Shown piece by piece: positions 18,224 to 27,958 of a stretch of DNA of 33,362 nucleotides. The DNA is from Syntrophobacteria bacterium (GTDB lineage Bacteria > Desulfobacterota > DSWW01). Made by a program: the position numbers and the translations under genes. The stretch is from NCBI GenBank assembly GCA_030145435.1, contig JAQYVQ010000197.1:1-33362 (forward strand), given 5' to 3'. Within the stretch, counting starts at the first letter, position 1. Every line of letters starts with the position of its first letter. A model generated the notes under the pieces. The model saw only the letters and a program-made list of their open reading frames with translations, had not been told where the DNA came from and did not search any database.

Positions 18224-18342
18224 AGGTCAAAGGGTGAAAGCTGAAAGCAGGAACAGCATGGCCGAGCAGGGGCGCCGAAAACCCTTCGATTTACTCTTCA
18301 ATACGAAGACCGTCCCTTTCACCTTTGACCTTTCACCTTGAG
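18205..18342. repeat. Family-A heptad-array inverted-repeat cassette, copy 3 (recO-glyQ spacer)
   Basis: Left arm 18205-18247 reads (GAGAAAG)(GTCAAAG)(GTTAAAG)(GTCAAAG)(GGTGAAAG)(CTGAAAG). Right arm 18314-18342 reads CC(CTTTCAC)(CTTTGAC)(CTTTCAC)(CTTGAG). The arms are mutually complementary around a central segment of about 66 nt. Confidence 0.7.
18258..18341 (+). CDS. Hypothetical 27-codon mini-ORF inside cassette A3 (MAEQGRRKPFDLLFNTKTVPFTFDLSP)
   Basis: ATG 18258 with AGGA 5 nt upstream. The TGA stop is in the last heptad of the right arm. It has the same layout as the mini-ORF at 4148-4234. Speculative. Confidence 0.2.
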   Translation: MAEQGRRKPFDLLFNTKTVPFTFDLSP

Positions 18343-18377
18343 CTAGAGGGGCTGCAACAATTGGCTGCTAGAGGGGG

Positions 18378-19244
18378 ATGGGACAGGTGCTGGTACAAGA
18401 CGTAATGCTCGAGCTGAGCAGGTTCTGGACGGAAAGGGGCTGTGTGCTTCAACAGCCCTACGATCTGGAGGTGGGGGCCGGGACGTTTCACCCGGCGACC
18501 TTTCTGGGCGTTCTGGGGCCGGAACCGTGGAATGTTGCCTACATTCAGCCTTCCAGGCGGCCTGCAGACGGTCGTTACGGCCAGAACCCGAACCGGCTGC
18601 AGCGGCACCATCAGTTTCAGGTCATCATGAAGCCGTCCCCGGATGATATTCAGGAGATCTACCTCCGGAGCCTGCAGCGGCTGGGAATCCGGATGGAGCA
18701 GCACGACATCCGGTTCGTAGAGGATGACTGGGAGTCCCCCACGCTGGGCGCTTGGGGCCTCGGTTGGGAGGTCTGGCTGGACGGCATGGAAGTCACGCAG
18801 TTTACCTACTTTCAGCAGGTGGGGGGCTTTGATTTGAAGCCGATCCCCGTGGAGCTTACCTACGGGATCGAGCGGATTGCCATGTACCTCCAGAATGTGG
18901 ACAATGTCTACTCCCTGAAGTGGAACGATACGGTCACCTACGGAGACATCCAGCATCGTGGCGAGGAGGAGCACTCCTATTACAACTTCGAGGATGCGGA
19001 CGTCGGGATGTTGCTGAAGCTCTTCGAGATGTATGAAGGGGAATCGAAGCGGGTCATCGAGAAGAATCGTGTGCTGCCTGCTTATGAGCTGTGCCTCAAA
19101 TGCAGTCACATCTTCAACCTGCTCGACGCGAGAGGCGCCGTGGGCGTAAATGAAAGGACCCACTACATCCATCGGGTCCGAAATCTGGCGCAGGCCTGTG
19201 CGAGACGCTATCTGGGGGTCGAGGAGTCCCCATCTGAATCCTGA
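18378..19244 (+). CDS. glyQ: Glycine--tRNA ligase alpha subunit
   Basis: 288 aa with [31 protein letters not shown] and [18 protein letters not shown] blocks typical of GlyQ. The start could also be GTG 18387. Confidence 0.95.
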   Translation: MGQVLVQDVMLELSRFWTERGCVLQQPYDLEVGAGTFHPATFLGVLGPEPWNVAYIQPSRRPADGRYGQNPNRLQRHHQFQVIMKPSPDDIQEIYLRSLQRLGIRMEQHDIRFVEDDWESPTLGAWGLGWEVWLDGMEVTQFTYFQQVGGFDLKPIPVELTYGIERIAMYLQNVDNVYSLKWNDTVTYGDIQHRGEEEHSYYNFEDADVGMLLKLFEMYEGESKRVIEKNRVLPAYELCLKCSHIFNLLDARGAVGVNERTHYIHRVRNLAQACARRYLGVEESPSES

Positions 19245-19278
19245 TGGGATTGTTGACGGAAAAGAGAGGAGCGGTTTG

Positions 19279-21372
19279 GTGGTAGAGGATTTCTTGCTCG
19301 AGATCGGGACCGAGGAAATACCCGCTGCATTTCTTCCCAAGACGATCGAGGACCTCCGGGAAAAGGCAGGGGAACTCTTCGAGGTGAATCGGCTGCGTTA
19401 CGAAACTGTGGAGACGATGGCCACGCCCCGCAGACTCACCCTGCTCGTTCGCGGCCTGGAAGAACAACAGGGCGACTCCGTGCAGGAAATCTCCGGACCG
19501 CCCCGTTCCGTCGCCTTTGACGAGGAAGGCTCCCCCACCAAGGTCCTGGAGAAGTTCTGCGCGAAACACGGGGTCACGCCCGCGCAAACATCGATTGTGG
19601 AGAAGCCGAAGGGGGAATATGTCTTTCTGCGGAAGGCAGAGGCCGGCAGAAGGGCGGTGGAGGTCCTTCCGGAAATCCTTCCCGCCTGGATCGTGGCCCT
19701 CCCGTTTCCCAAGTCCATGCGATGGGGGACCCAGGACATTCGGTTCGCCCGTCCGATTCGGTGGATCGCCTCCCTGTACGGCAAAGAGACGGTCGTCTTC
19801 CGGGTGGGAAATCTGGCGAGTGCCGCGACGACGCGCGGCCACCGTTTCCTGGGGGATCCGAGCCCGATTCCCATCGAGCCGTTGGCGGACTACAGGGAGA
19901 TCCTGGAAAAGAACAAGGTTGTGGTGGACCCGGAAGAGAGACGCAGACGCATTCTCGAACAGGCAAGGGGGCTGGCTGCCGAAGTGGGGGGAGAACTCCT
20001 CGAGGAAGAGGATCTCATCCAGACCCTGGTGTTCATCACCGAGTATCCCGTGGCGGTTCGGGGGACCTTTCACGAACGCTTTCTCTCGTTGCCGCAAGAA
20101 GTCCTGATCGCCCCGATGAAGGGCCATCAGAAGTATTTTGCCGTGAAGAGGGCCGACGGAGACGGGCTTCTCCCGTACTTTGTGACCATCGCCAACATGG
20201 AAGCCCCGGACATGTCGCTCGTCGAGCGAGGAAACGAAAAGGTTCTGACCGCCAGGCTCGAGGACGCCAAGTTCTTTTTCGAAGAGGACACGAAGAGGCC
20301 TCTCGAGCGATACGTGGACTCGCTGAATCAGGTGATCTATCACAAGAAGCTTGGGACTTCCTTCGCCAAGGTCGAAAGGATCGAGGCGTTGGCCGGGTTT
20401 CTGGGGGAGCGGCTCTGCCCGGAAAGGCAGACGGTCCTTCAGCGGGCGGCCCGGCTCTGCAAGGCTGATCTGGTCACTCAACTGGTCGGGGAGTTCCCTG
20501 AGCTGCAGGGAACCATGGGCGGGATCTACGCCGCCCGATCCGGCGAACCGGAGGAGGTTGCGCAGGCAATCCGCGAGCATTACATGCCCGTCTCTGCGGA
20601 AGACGACCTGCCGGAAAGCCTCGAAGGGGCCGTGCTCAGCCTGGCCGACAAGATGGACACGGTGGTCGGCTTCTTCGGCATCGGGTCTCCGGTCAGCGGG
20701 ACTTCGGACCCCTTCGGCATGAGGAGAAGGGCCATCGGTATCCTCCGGGTGCTCCTGGCCAAGAACCTGGAGGTGTCCCTGCCGGAATGGGTTGGGAGGG
20801 GCCTGGAGGTCCTCGGTGGGTTGGTGAAGAAGGAGCAGGAGGCGGTGAAGCAGGAGGTCGTTGATTTCTTTCGCCTGCGTTATCAGCAATTCCTGCTCGC
20901 GAAAGGCTTCCCTCACGACACGATCGAAGCGGTGCTCTCCCGTTCCTTCGAGAACGTCCCGGACCTGTATCGTCGCGTCGAAACCCTTCACAAGATGCGT
21001 TCGGAACCGGATTTCGAGAACCTCATTCTCGGGTGCAAGCGGGCCGTGAACATCCTGCAGCAGGCCGGGAAGGACTACGGCTATACCGGGCCGGGAAGAC
21101 CCCTGCGGGCGGAGGACCTGGAGAAAGAGGCAGAGAAGGCGCTCCTTGCATCTACTGAGCAGGTGGGAAAAGAACTGGCGGGTCTCGGGTCAGGGGAATA
21201 CCATAAGGTGCTCCAGGGGCTGGTGGGGCTCAAGGGACCGATCGACCGCCTCTTTGACGACGTCATGATCCTGGTCGACGACGAGCGGACGCGGGAGAAC
21301 AGGTTGAGTTTATTGAAGAATGTTTCTGATCTTTTTCAGTGGTTTGCAGACTTTTCCAAGATTTCACTTTAA
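19279..21372 (+). CDS. glyS: Glycine--tRNA ligase beta subunit
   Basis: DFLLEIGTEEIPAAF is the typical GlyS N-terminus, and the protein is about 697 aa. The start is taken as GTG 19279 (or TTG 19276), just after the glyQ stop. The 19150 track start overlaps glyQ. Confidence 0.92.
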   Translation: MVEDFLLEIGTEEIPAAFLPKTIEDLREKAGELFEVNRLRYETVETMATPRRLTLLVRGLEEQQGDSVQEISGPPRSVAFDEEGSPTKVLEKFCAKHGVTPAQTSIVEKPKGEYVFLRKAEAGRRAVEVLPEILPAWIVALPFPKSMRWGTQDIRFARPIRWIASLYGKETVVFRVGNLASAATTRGHRFLGDPSPIPIEPLADYREILEKNKVVVDPEERRRRILEQARGLAAEVGGELLEEEDLIQTLVFITEYPVAVRGTFHERFLSLPQEVLIAPMKGHQKYFAVKRADGDGLLPYFVTIANMEAPDMSLVERGNEKVLTARLEDAKFFFEEDTKRPLERYVDSLNQVIYHKKLGTSFAKVERIEALAGFLGERLCPERQTVLQRAARLCKADLVTQLVGEFPELQGTMGGIYAARSGEPEEVAQAIREHYMPVSAEDDLPESLEGAVLSLADKMDTVVGFFGIGSPVSGTSDPFGMRRRAIGILRVLLAKNLEVSLPEWVGRGLEVLGGLVKKEQEAVKQEVVDFFRLRYQQFLLAKGFPHDTIEAVLSRSFENVPDLYRRVETLHKMRSEPDFENLILGCKRAVNILQQAGKDYGYTGPGRPLRAEDLEKEAEKALLASTEQVGKELAGLGSGEYHKVLQGLVGLKGPIDRLFDDVMILVDDERTRENRLSLLKNVSDLFQWFADFSKISL

Positions 21373-21385
21373 GGGAGGCAACTGC

Positions 21386-24118
21386 ATGGTTTCTTCGAAG
21401 AAGAACGTCTATTTCTTTGGCGCGGGGAAGGCGGACGGTCGGGCCGAATGGAAGGAACTGTTGGGCGGAAAGGGGGCGAACCTCGCGGAAATGACGAACC
21501 TGGGCATTGTTGTCCCGGCCGGGTTCACCATCACCACGGAGGTCTGCACCGCATACTACAAGAACAAGAGGCGATATCCTGCAGGCCTCGAAGGCGAGGC
21601 CCGAAGGGCGATGGCAAGGGTCGAGAAGATCATGGGCCTTCGCTTCGGGGACCCGACGAATCCGCTTCTGGTTTCGGTCCGCTCCGGGGCCCGGCAGTCC
21701 ATGCCCGGCATGATGGAGACCGTGTTGAACTGTGGCCTGACGAGCAAGACGATACCCGGGCTGATCGCCAAGACGAAGAACCCTCGATTCGTCTACGACG
21801 CCTACCGAAGACTGATCATGATGTACTCAGATGTGGTCATGGAAAAGGCGGCCGGCGTCGAGCCTCAGGAGGGGGAGGGGATCCGCCATCTCCTGGAAGA
21901 AGAAATGGACCGCATGAAAGAGGCGAGGGGGGTGAAGGATGATGTGGAGCTGGATGCGGACGATCTGAAGGAGTTAACGGAGATCTTCAAGAAGAAGGTG
22001 AAGTCCGTGCTCGGCAAGCCCTTTCCGGACGAGCACTACAAACAGCTCTGGGGCGGAATCGGTGCGGTCTTTCAGTCCTGGAACGGAAAGCGCGCCATCG
22101 CCTATCGCCGTATCGAGGGGATCCCGGAGGAATGGGGAACGGCCGTGAACGTCCAGGCCATGGTGTTTGGAAACACGGGCGACACTTCCGCGACGGGTGT
22201 TGCCTTTACACGGAATCCGGCAACAGGGGAGAAGGTATTCTACGGCGAGTGGCTGCCGAATGCGCAGGGTGAAGATGTGGTCGCAGGCATCCGGACGCCG
22301 AGGCCCCTGAACAAGAAGGGTAAGACAGAGGAGAACAGGCGTCTCCGTTCCCTGGAAGAGGCGATGCCGAAACTCTATCGCCAACTCGACGGGATTCGAG
22401 AGAAGCTCGAGAAACACTACAAGGACATGCAGGACATCGAGTTCACCATAGAGGATGGTCGCCTCTGGATGCTTCAGACCCGAACCGGGAAACGAACCGG
22501 GCCGGCCACGATTCGAATGGCCGTGGAGATGGCCAAAGAACGTCTCATCGATCGAAAAGAAGCGATCATGCGCGTCAAGCCGGATCATCTGGACGAGTTG
22601 CTCCACCCGATGATCGATCCGGCCGAGGAGAAGAAGGCAACCTTGCTCGCCAAGGGACTCCCCGCCGGACCGGGTGGAGGGACCGGGCAGATCGTGCTCA
22701 CAGCGGATCGTGCGGAGCAATGGGCCAAAGAGGGGAAGCGGGTGATCCTGGTTCGGAACGAAACCTCTCCCGAAGATGTCCACGGCATGCACGCAGCCGA
22801 GGCGATCCTGACCGCAAAGGGCGGGATGACCAGCCACGCGGCCCTGGTGGCAAGAGGTTGGGGCAAGTGCTGTGTAGTGGGCTGCGGGGCCCTGGCGATC
22901 GACGACAAGGCCCGCCGTGTTGAAGTCCACGGAAAGACACTGAAGGAAGGGGACTGGATTACGCTCAACGGGACCAAAGGCTATGTGTACAAAGGTTCTC
23001 TTTCCCTGTTGCCCGCAGACCCGGAGAAGAACAAGGACTACCGGGAGCTGATGCGATGGGCGGACAAGGAGCGCAGGCTGGGGGTCCGCACGAATGCGGA
23101 GCGGCCGGAGGACGCCGTCGCTGCGATACGATTCGGCGCACAGGGAATCGGCCTATGCAGGACCGAGCACATGTTCTTCGATCCGGAGCGCATCCAGGCC
23201 ATACGGGAAATGATCGTGGCCGACACCGAGGACCAGAGGCGCAAGGCGATCATGAAGCTCCTGCCTTTCCAGAGAAAGGATTTTCAGGGCATCATGGCCG
23301 CCATGGAGGGATACCCCGTAACGATTCGGCTCCTCGATCCTCCGCTTCACGAGTTCGTCACCCTGGACAAGCACCAGGTCAAGGAACTGGCGGCTGAGCT
23401 AGGGCTCTCCGAGAAGTCCCTGTCCGCACGCGTTGCCCAACTCCACGAGCTGAACCCGATGCTCGGTCATCGGGGGTGTCGGCTGGGGATCACATATCCT
23501 GAGATTTCCGAGATGCAGGCGAGGGCGATCTTCGAGGCCGCGGCGGCGTTGACGAAGAAGAAGAAGAAGGTGTACCCGGAGGTCATGATTCCGCTCATCG
23601 GCACGGCCGAAGAGTTCGTGAATCAGAAGGACATCGTGGAGAGGGTGGCACAAGAGGTACGGAAGAAGACCGGAATCAAGTTCCCCTACATGATCGGGAC
23701 GATGATCGAGATTCCGCGGGCCTGCCTCGTGGCGGACAAGATAGCTGAAGACGCGGAGTTCTTCTCTTTCGGAACAAATGACCTTACCCAGACCACCTTC
23801 GGGTTCTCGAGGGACGATATCGGTTCTTTCTTGCCCGACTATCTTGACAAGGGGATCCTTCCGGAAGACCCGTTTCAGTCTCTCGATGTAGAGGGGGTGG
23901 GCTTCCTTGTCGCCACCGGGGTGCGAAAGGGCCGGGCGACCAACCCCAAGCTGAAAGTGGGCATTTGCGGGGAGCATGGGGGAGACCCGAAATCGATCGC
24001 TTTCTGCCATGAAGTGGGGATGGACTACGTGAGTTGCTCGCCCTATCGAGTTCCAATCGCACGGCTTTCTGCCGCTCAGTCGGCCATCCGGGAGTCGAGG
24101 AGCAAGAAGAAGAGATAA
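21386..24118 (+). CDS. ppdK: Pyruvate, phosphate dikinase
   Basis: MVSSKKNVYFFG...GGKGANLAEM at the N-terminus, phosphohistidine loop GGMTSHAALVARGWGKCCVVG, and C-terminal FFSFGTNDLTQ and CGEHGGDP blocks. AAGGGAGG lies 7 nt upstream of ATG 21386. Confidence 0.95.
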   Translation: MVSSKKNVYFFGAGKADGRAEWKELLGGKGANLAEMTNLGIVVPAGFTITTEVCTAYYKNKRRYPAGLEGEARRAMARVEKIMGLRFGDPTNPLLVSVRSGARQSMPGMMETVLNCGLTSKTIPGLIAKTKNPRFVYDAYRRLIMMYSDVVMEKAAGVEPQEGEGIRHLLEEEMDRMKEARGVKDDVELDADDLKELTEIFKKKVKSVLGKPFPDEHYKQLWGGIGAVFQSWNGKRAIAYRRIEGIPEEWGTAVNVQAMVFGNTGDTSATGVAFTRNPATGEKVFYGEWLPNAQGEDVVAGIRTPRPLNKKGKTEENRRLRSLEEAMPKLYRQLDGIREKLEKHYKDMQDIEFTIEDGRLWMLQTRTGKRTGPATIRMAVEMAKERLIDRKEAIMRVKPDHLDELLHPMIDPAEEKKATLLAKGLPAGPGGGTGQIVLTADRAEQWAKEGKRVILVRNETSPEDVHGMHAAEAILTAKGGMTSHAALVARGWGKCCVVGCGALAIDDKARRVEVHGKTLKEGDWITLNGTKGYVYKGSLSLLPADPEKNKDYRELMRWADKERRLGVRTNAERPEDAVAAIRFGAQGIGLCRTEHMFFDPERIQAIREMIVADTEDQRRKAIMKLLPFQRKDFQGIMAAMEGYPVTIRLLDPPLHEFVTLDKHQVKELAAELGLSEKSLSARVAQLHELNPMLGHRGCRLGITYPEISEMQARAIFEAAAALTKKKKKVYPEVMIPLIGTAEEFVNQKDIVERVAQEVRKKTGIKFPYMIGTMIEIPRACLVADKIAEDAEFFSFGTNDLTQTTFGFSRDDIGSFLPDYLDKGILPEDPFQSLDVEGVGFLVATGVRKGRATNPKLKVGICGEHGGDPKSIAFCHEVGMDYVSCSPYRVPIARLSAAQSAIRESRSKKKR

Positions 24119-24175
24119 CCTATTGTTTCGGTTCTATTTTATCGGGCCGAGACCTGGATCGGTAAGAGTTTCTTA

Positions 24176-24204
24176 GGGGGGCGCAATGCCCCCCCCTTTC
24201 TTTT
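24176..24204 (+). terminator. Rho-independent terminator after ppdK
   Basis: Stem GGGGGGC 24176-24182 / GCCCCCC 24188-24194 with loop GCAAT. It is followed by CCTTTCTTTT. Confidence 0.7.
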
Positions 24205-24310
24205 AGTGCGCCGGGCATCTGAGTTCCTGGGCCGCCACGGCATCGAGGGATGATGGGACACTACATTTAGTGGCTGATTTGAGGGTTACACCGTAGCTTG
24301 TATTTTTCGC

Positions 24311-24339
24311 TTTACAATATCGCCTAAAAGATCTATATT
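24311..24339 (+). promoter_or_regulatory. Candidate sigma-70 promoter for smc
   Basis: TTTACA (24311-24316), a 17-nt spacer, then TATATT (24334-24339). It sits in an AT-richer spacer about 35 nt upstream of the smc ATG. Confidence 0.4.
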
Positions 24340-24372
24340 TGCGTGGAAATCCTCGTGGAAGGGGTCAGTTTC

Positions 24373-27300
24373 ATGCAGATGAAATGCCTAAAGCTTCATG
24401 GTTTCAAGTCCTTCTGTAAAGAGACAGACATCCTGTTTTCTGATGGCACTTCAGCGATTGTCGGTCCGAATGGCTGTGGAAAGAGCAATGTGGTGGATGC
24501 CCTGCGGTGGGTCCTCGGCGAGCAGAGCCCGAAGAGGCTGCGCGGGAAGAACATGGAGGAGATCCTCTTCGGAGGAAGCGAGCAGTTCCCTCCGGCGAGC
24601 ATGGCCAAGGTTTGCCTCGTACTCACGCAGAAGGACAGGGGATTCCCCCATCCCTACTCGGAGTTCGAAGAGCTCTCCATAGAACGCATTTACTACCGCG
24701 GCGGTGAGAGCGAGTACCGAATCAATCGAATGCCCGCTCGTCTGAAAGACATCATTGATCTGTTCTCGGACACGGGTACCGGCACCCGGGCCTATTCGAT
24801 CATCGAGCAGGGGTACATCGGGGAGATCATCAGCGCGGGTCCGGAACGGAGGAGGCTCTTCATCGAGGAAGCCGCGGGAATAGTGAAATACAAGAGGAGG
24901 AAGAACTCCGCCCTGCGGAAGATGGAGGCGACCGAAGAGAACCTTCGCCACATCGAGGCGATCCACTTCGAGATCAAGAGGCAGATGAATGCGCTGAACC
25001 GGCAGGCCCAGAAGGCCCGGCAGTATCAGAGGCTCAAGGAAGACATTCGAAGGCTGGACTGCACCCTCGCGTTTCGACAGTATCATGCGCTCGTAGACCA
25101 GGAAAGGTCTGAACAGGCGATCAAGGGGGAGGGGGAGCAGAAGGCGGCAAGACTCGTTGCTGAGTTCAGCCGGGAAGAGGCGGAAATTGAGGAGATCAGG
25201 GCGGATCTCATCCACGAGAATCGCGAAATGGGGGAGAAGAAGGAAAAGCTCCTCGTGCAGGTTCAGGAATTGAACCGGATCGAGAACAAACAAGTATACT
25301 TAAGACAGAGCCACCAGGAACTGCAGAGAAAGCGGGCAGAGGACGAGAGACAGATTGCGGATACCCGGGTGCGACTCGAGGAGGCGGACCGGGAAGGGAC
25401 GGAACTGACGGCGAAGATCGACGAGCTTTCCAGTCGAGGCAAATGGGTTGAGGCGAATGTAGGCGAGGAACGAGAGCGCTGCCGGGCCATCCTGACGCAG
25501 GAAAAGGAATTACAGGCGAGGATCGATTCGGTCAAGGACAACCTCTTTGCCTGCATGACCAAGAAGGCTGGGCTCAGCAACAGGCAGCTGGCGATTCAGG
25601 AGAAGAGCAAAGACCTGGAGCAGCGAAAGGCCCGGGGAGAGGATGAGATCCGAGCCATGGAGAGCGAGGACGAGGTGTTCTCCTCCAGGCAGAGGGAACT
25701 CGAAGAGACACTCAAGGGGTGGAAACGGAAGAGAGGACTCTCGTTGCTGGAACGCGTTGCCCTGGAGGTCCACCAGAGGCAGCTGAAGGGGGAGTTCGGC
25801 ACGTTGTCGGAGGCGATCGAGCGGCTGCAGGAGGACCTCAACCGAAAGAGATCCCGACTCGTTTCTCTGCAGGAATTCCAGGAGAACTACGAGGGGCTTC
25901 AAGATGGCGTCAGGGCGGTGATGTGCAAGCGCAAGGAGGAAGAGAGGCTGAAGAAGGGAATTCGAGGCATGGTGGCCGACGTGCTGGAGACCGAGCCCGA
26001 ATACGAAATGGCCCTGGAGTCGGTTCTCGGAGACAAGCTGCAGTACATCATCGTGGAGGAGCAAGAGTACGGATTGCAGGCAATCGAGTACTTGAAGGCA
26101 CAGACCCTGGGCAGGGGAAGCTTTATCCCGCTGCAGCTGAGAGCAGGCGCGGAGCGGGATGTGTATGGCGGTTCCGTCCCCGGAACCCCCCTCATCGATG
26201 TCGTCAAGGTGAGGGAAGAGTACCAGGAAATCGCCCAACACCTCCTGGGAGATGTCGTCATAGTGCCGGATCTGGCGTCCGGATTGGATCTCTGGAGGAA
26301 CAACGGGCATTTCAAGCGGATTGTTTCCAAAGATGGAGATTTGATCGACCCGGAGGGCGTGATCTCCGGGGGAAAGACGAACGGGTCCGGCCATACGGTC
26401 CTCAAAACGAAGAGAGAAATCAAAGAGTTAGAGAAAGAAGTGGGTCGTCTGGAGGAGGCATACCGGTGCAAGAAAGAGGAAGCGGATGCACTCCTCCGAA
26501 AGATCCGATTCAATGAATCGGATCTGGAAAGGGTTCAACAGGATCTTTACCGGCTCGACATGGAGATCCTGCGGGGGGAAAAGGACGCCCAGCAGATTGC
26601 CGAGAACCGGAAGAGAGACCTCCAGCGAAAGGCGGTCCTCGAGGCGGAGGCCTCGCAACGAAACCTCGAACTGGAAGGACTGAAGACGGAGGCGGAGCAA
26701 CTTGCAAGGGAGGAGCAGGAGCTTGCGGAGCAGCAGTCATCCAGAGAGGCAACCCTATCGGAGCTGAGTCGTCAGATCCAGGAGTGGGCGGCCGAGAAAG
26801 AACTGGCCCAGGACGATCTGAATCGTCTGGAGATAGAGCTCCAGGTGATCTGGGAGAAGCGATCCGGCTTGTACACGCACAAGCGGCAAATCGAGCAGAG
26901 GATTCAGACGATAAGCACCTACCTGGTCGAGAAGGAACGAGATTCGGAGGAGGCCCTGCAGAGGATGCACGGCATGGAGAAGGAACTCGAGGAGAACGAA
27001 CAACGGATCGCCGCCCTCGAGCAAACGAGGGTCGAGGCCGAGGAGGCCCTGGCCGGCATCAACGAGAGAGTCCATGCGCAGACCTCCTCGCTCGAACGGA
27101 AGGAAGCGGTTGCCAAAGGATTGAAGGGGGAGCTCGAAACAACCCGCCACGAGCAGGACGCCCTCCAGGTGAGACTCGTGGAACTCGGGCTGAAGAAGAA
27201 GAACTTGGAGGATCAGGTATGGCAGCGACACCGGGTCGACATGACGGCCGAACCGGAGTTGGAGCTTTCGGAAGAGGCGGATGAGGAGATCGAGCCGCAA

Positions 27301-27924
27301 CTGGAGAAACTCTATGCCTCTCTTGAGAGAATCGGGGAAGTGAATCCCACGGCCATCGAAGAGTTCGAGAGTCTGCAGCAGCGACATCAGTTCTACCAAC
27401 ATCAGTTCGAAGACCTCAAGAACTCCCTCGAGGCGCTGAAGAGGCTGATACGGAGGATCAATCGAATCACCAAGACCCGATTCCTCGAGGCCTTCGAACG
27501 GATCAACGAAAGATTCCAGAAGATTTTTCCCCAACTCTTCAAGGGGGGGAAGGCATTTCTCCAGCTGGACAACCCCGACGATCCGCTGGAATCGGGGGTC
27601 GACATGGTTGCCCAACCGCCGGGCAAGAGGCTGCAGAACATCAATCTGCTCTCCGGTGGCGAGAAGTCCCTGGCGGCCCTTGCCCTGGTGATTGCCATCT
27701 TTCAGTACAAGCCCAGCCCGTTTTGCGTGCTGGACGAGGTGGACGCCGCCCTGGATGACGTGAACATAATGCGATTCACGGAGATCCTGAGAGAGATCGC
27801 GGATCTCTCTCAGTTCATCCTGATTACCCACAACAAGGAGACGATGGGGATTGCAAACCAGCTCTACGGCGTCACGATGGAATCCCCCGGCATTTCGCAA
27901 ATCGTATCCGTCAAAATGAACTAG
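24373..27924 (+). CDS. smc: Chromosome partition protein Smc
   Basis: N-terminal Walker A GPNGCGKSN, long heptad-rich coiled coils, a central hinge (GIRGMVADVLE...), C-terminal signature LSGGEKSLAALAL and Walker B CVLDEVDAALD. ATG 24373 has GGAAGGGG 7 nt upstream. Confidence 0.95.
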   Translation: MQMKCLKLHGFKSFCKETDILFSDGTSAIVGPNGCGKSNVVDALRWVLGEQSPKRLRGKNMEEILFGGSEQFPPASMAKVCLVLTQKDRGFPHPYSEFEELSIERIYYRGGESEYRINRMPARLKDIIDLFSDTGTGTRAYSIIEQGYIGEIISAGPERRRLFIEEAAGIVKYKRRKNSALRKMEATEENLRHIEAIHFEIKRQMNALNRQAQKARQYQRLKEDIRRLDCTLAFRQYHALVDQERSEQAIKGEGEQKAARLVAEFSREEAEIEEIRADLIHENREMGEKKEKLLVQVQELNRIENKQVYLRQSHQELQRKRAEDERQIADTRVRLEEADREGTELTAKIDELSSRGKWVEANVGEERERCRAILTQEKELQARIDSVKDNLFACMTKKAGLSNRQLAIQEKSKDLEQRKARGEDEIRAMESEDEVFSSRQRELEETLKGWKRKRGLSLLERVALEVHQRQLKGEFGTLSEAIERLQEDLNRKRSRLVSLQEFQENYEGLQDGVRAVMCKRKEEERLKKGIRGMVADVLETEPEYEMALESVLGDKLQYIIVEEQEYGLQAIEYLKAQTLGRGSFIPLQLRAGAERDVYGGSVPGTPLIDVVKVREEYQEIAQHLLGDVVIVPDLASGLDLWRNNGHFKRIVSKDGDLIDPEGVISGGKTNGSGHTVLKTKREIKELEKEVGRLEEAYRCKKEEADALLRKIRFNESDLERVQQDLYRLDMEILRGEKDAQQIAENRKRDLQRKAVLEAEASQRNLELEGLKTEAEQLAREEQELAEQQSSREATLSELSRQIQEWAAEKELAQDDLNRLEIELQVIWEKRSGLYTHKRQIEQRIQTISTYLVEKERDSEEALQRMHGMEKELEENEQRIAALEQTRVEAEEALAGINERVHAQTSSLERKEAVAKGLKGELETTRHEQDALQVRLVELGLKKKNLEDQVWQRHRVDMTAEPELELSEEADEEIEPQLEKLYASLERIGEVNPTAIEEFESLQQRHQFYQHQFEDLKNSLEALKRLIRRINRITKTRFLEAFERINERFQKIFPQLFKGGKAFLQLDNPDDPLESGVDMVAQPPGKRLQNINLLSGGEKSLAALALVIAIFQYKPSPFCVLDEVDAALDDVNIMRFTEILREIADLSQFILITHNKETMGIANQLYGVTMESPGISQIVSVKMN

Positions 27925-27958
27925 TCTTCAAGCCGACGTTTCGACCCATTGAACGGTT

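Noticed and set aside
18205-18342. Heptad arrays as a CRISPR array or miniature CRISPR
   Set aside because: The units are 7 nt with no spacers, the arms are inverted rather than direct, and no cas genes are present.
19114-20991. 625-aa minus-strand ORF
   Set aside because: It is antisense to glyS (and the end of glyQ), has no motifs, and has the same Arg/Pro/Gly-rich composition as the other antisense frames.
24205-24372. parS or DnaA-box type sites near smc
   Set aside because: I searched by eye for TGTTTCACGTGAAACA-like and TTATCCACA-like words in this spacer and elsewhere in the window and found no close match.
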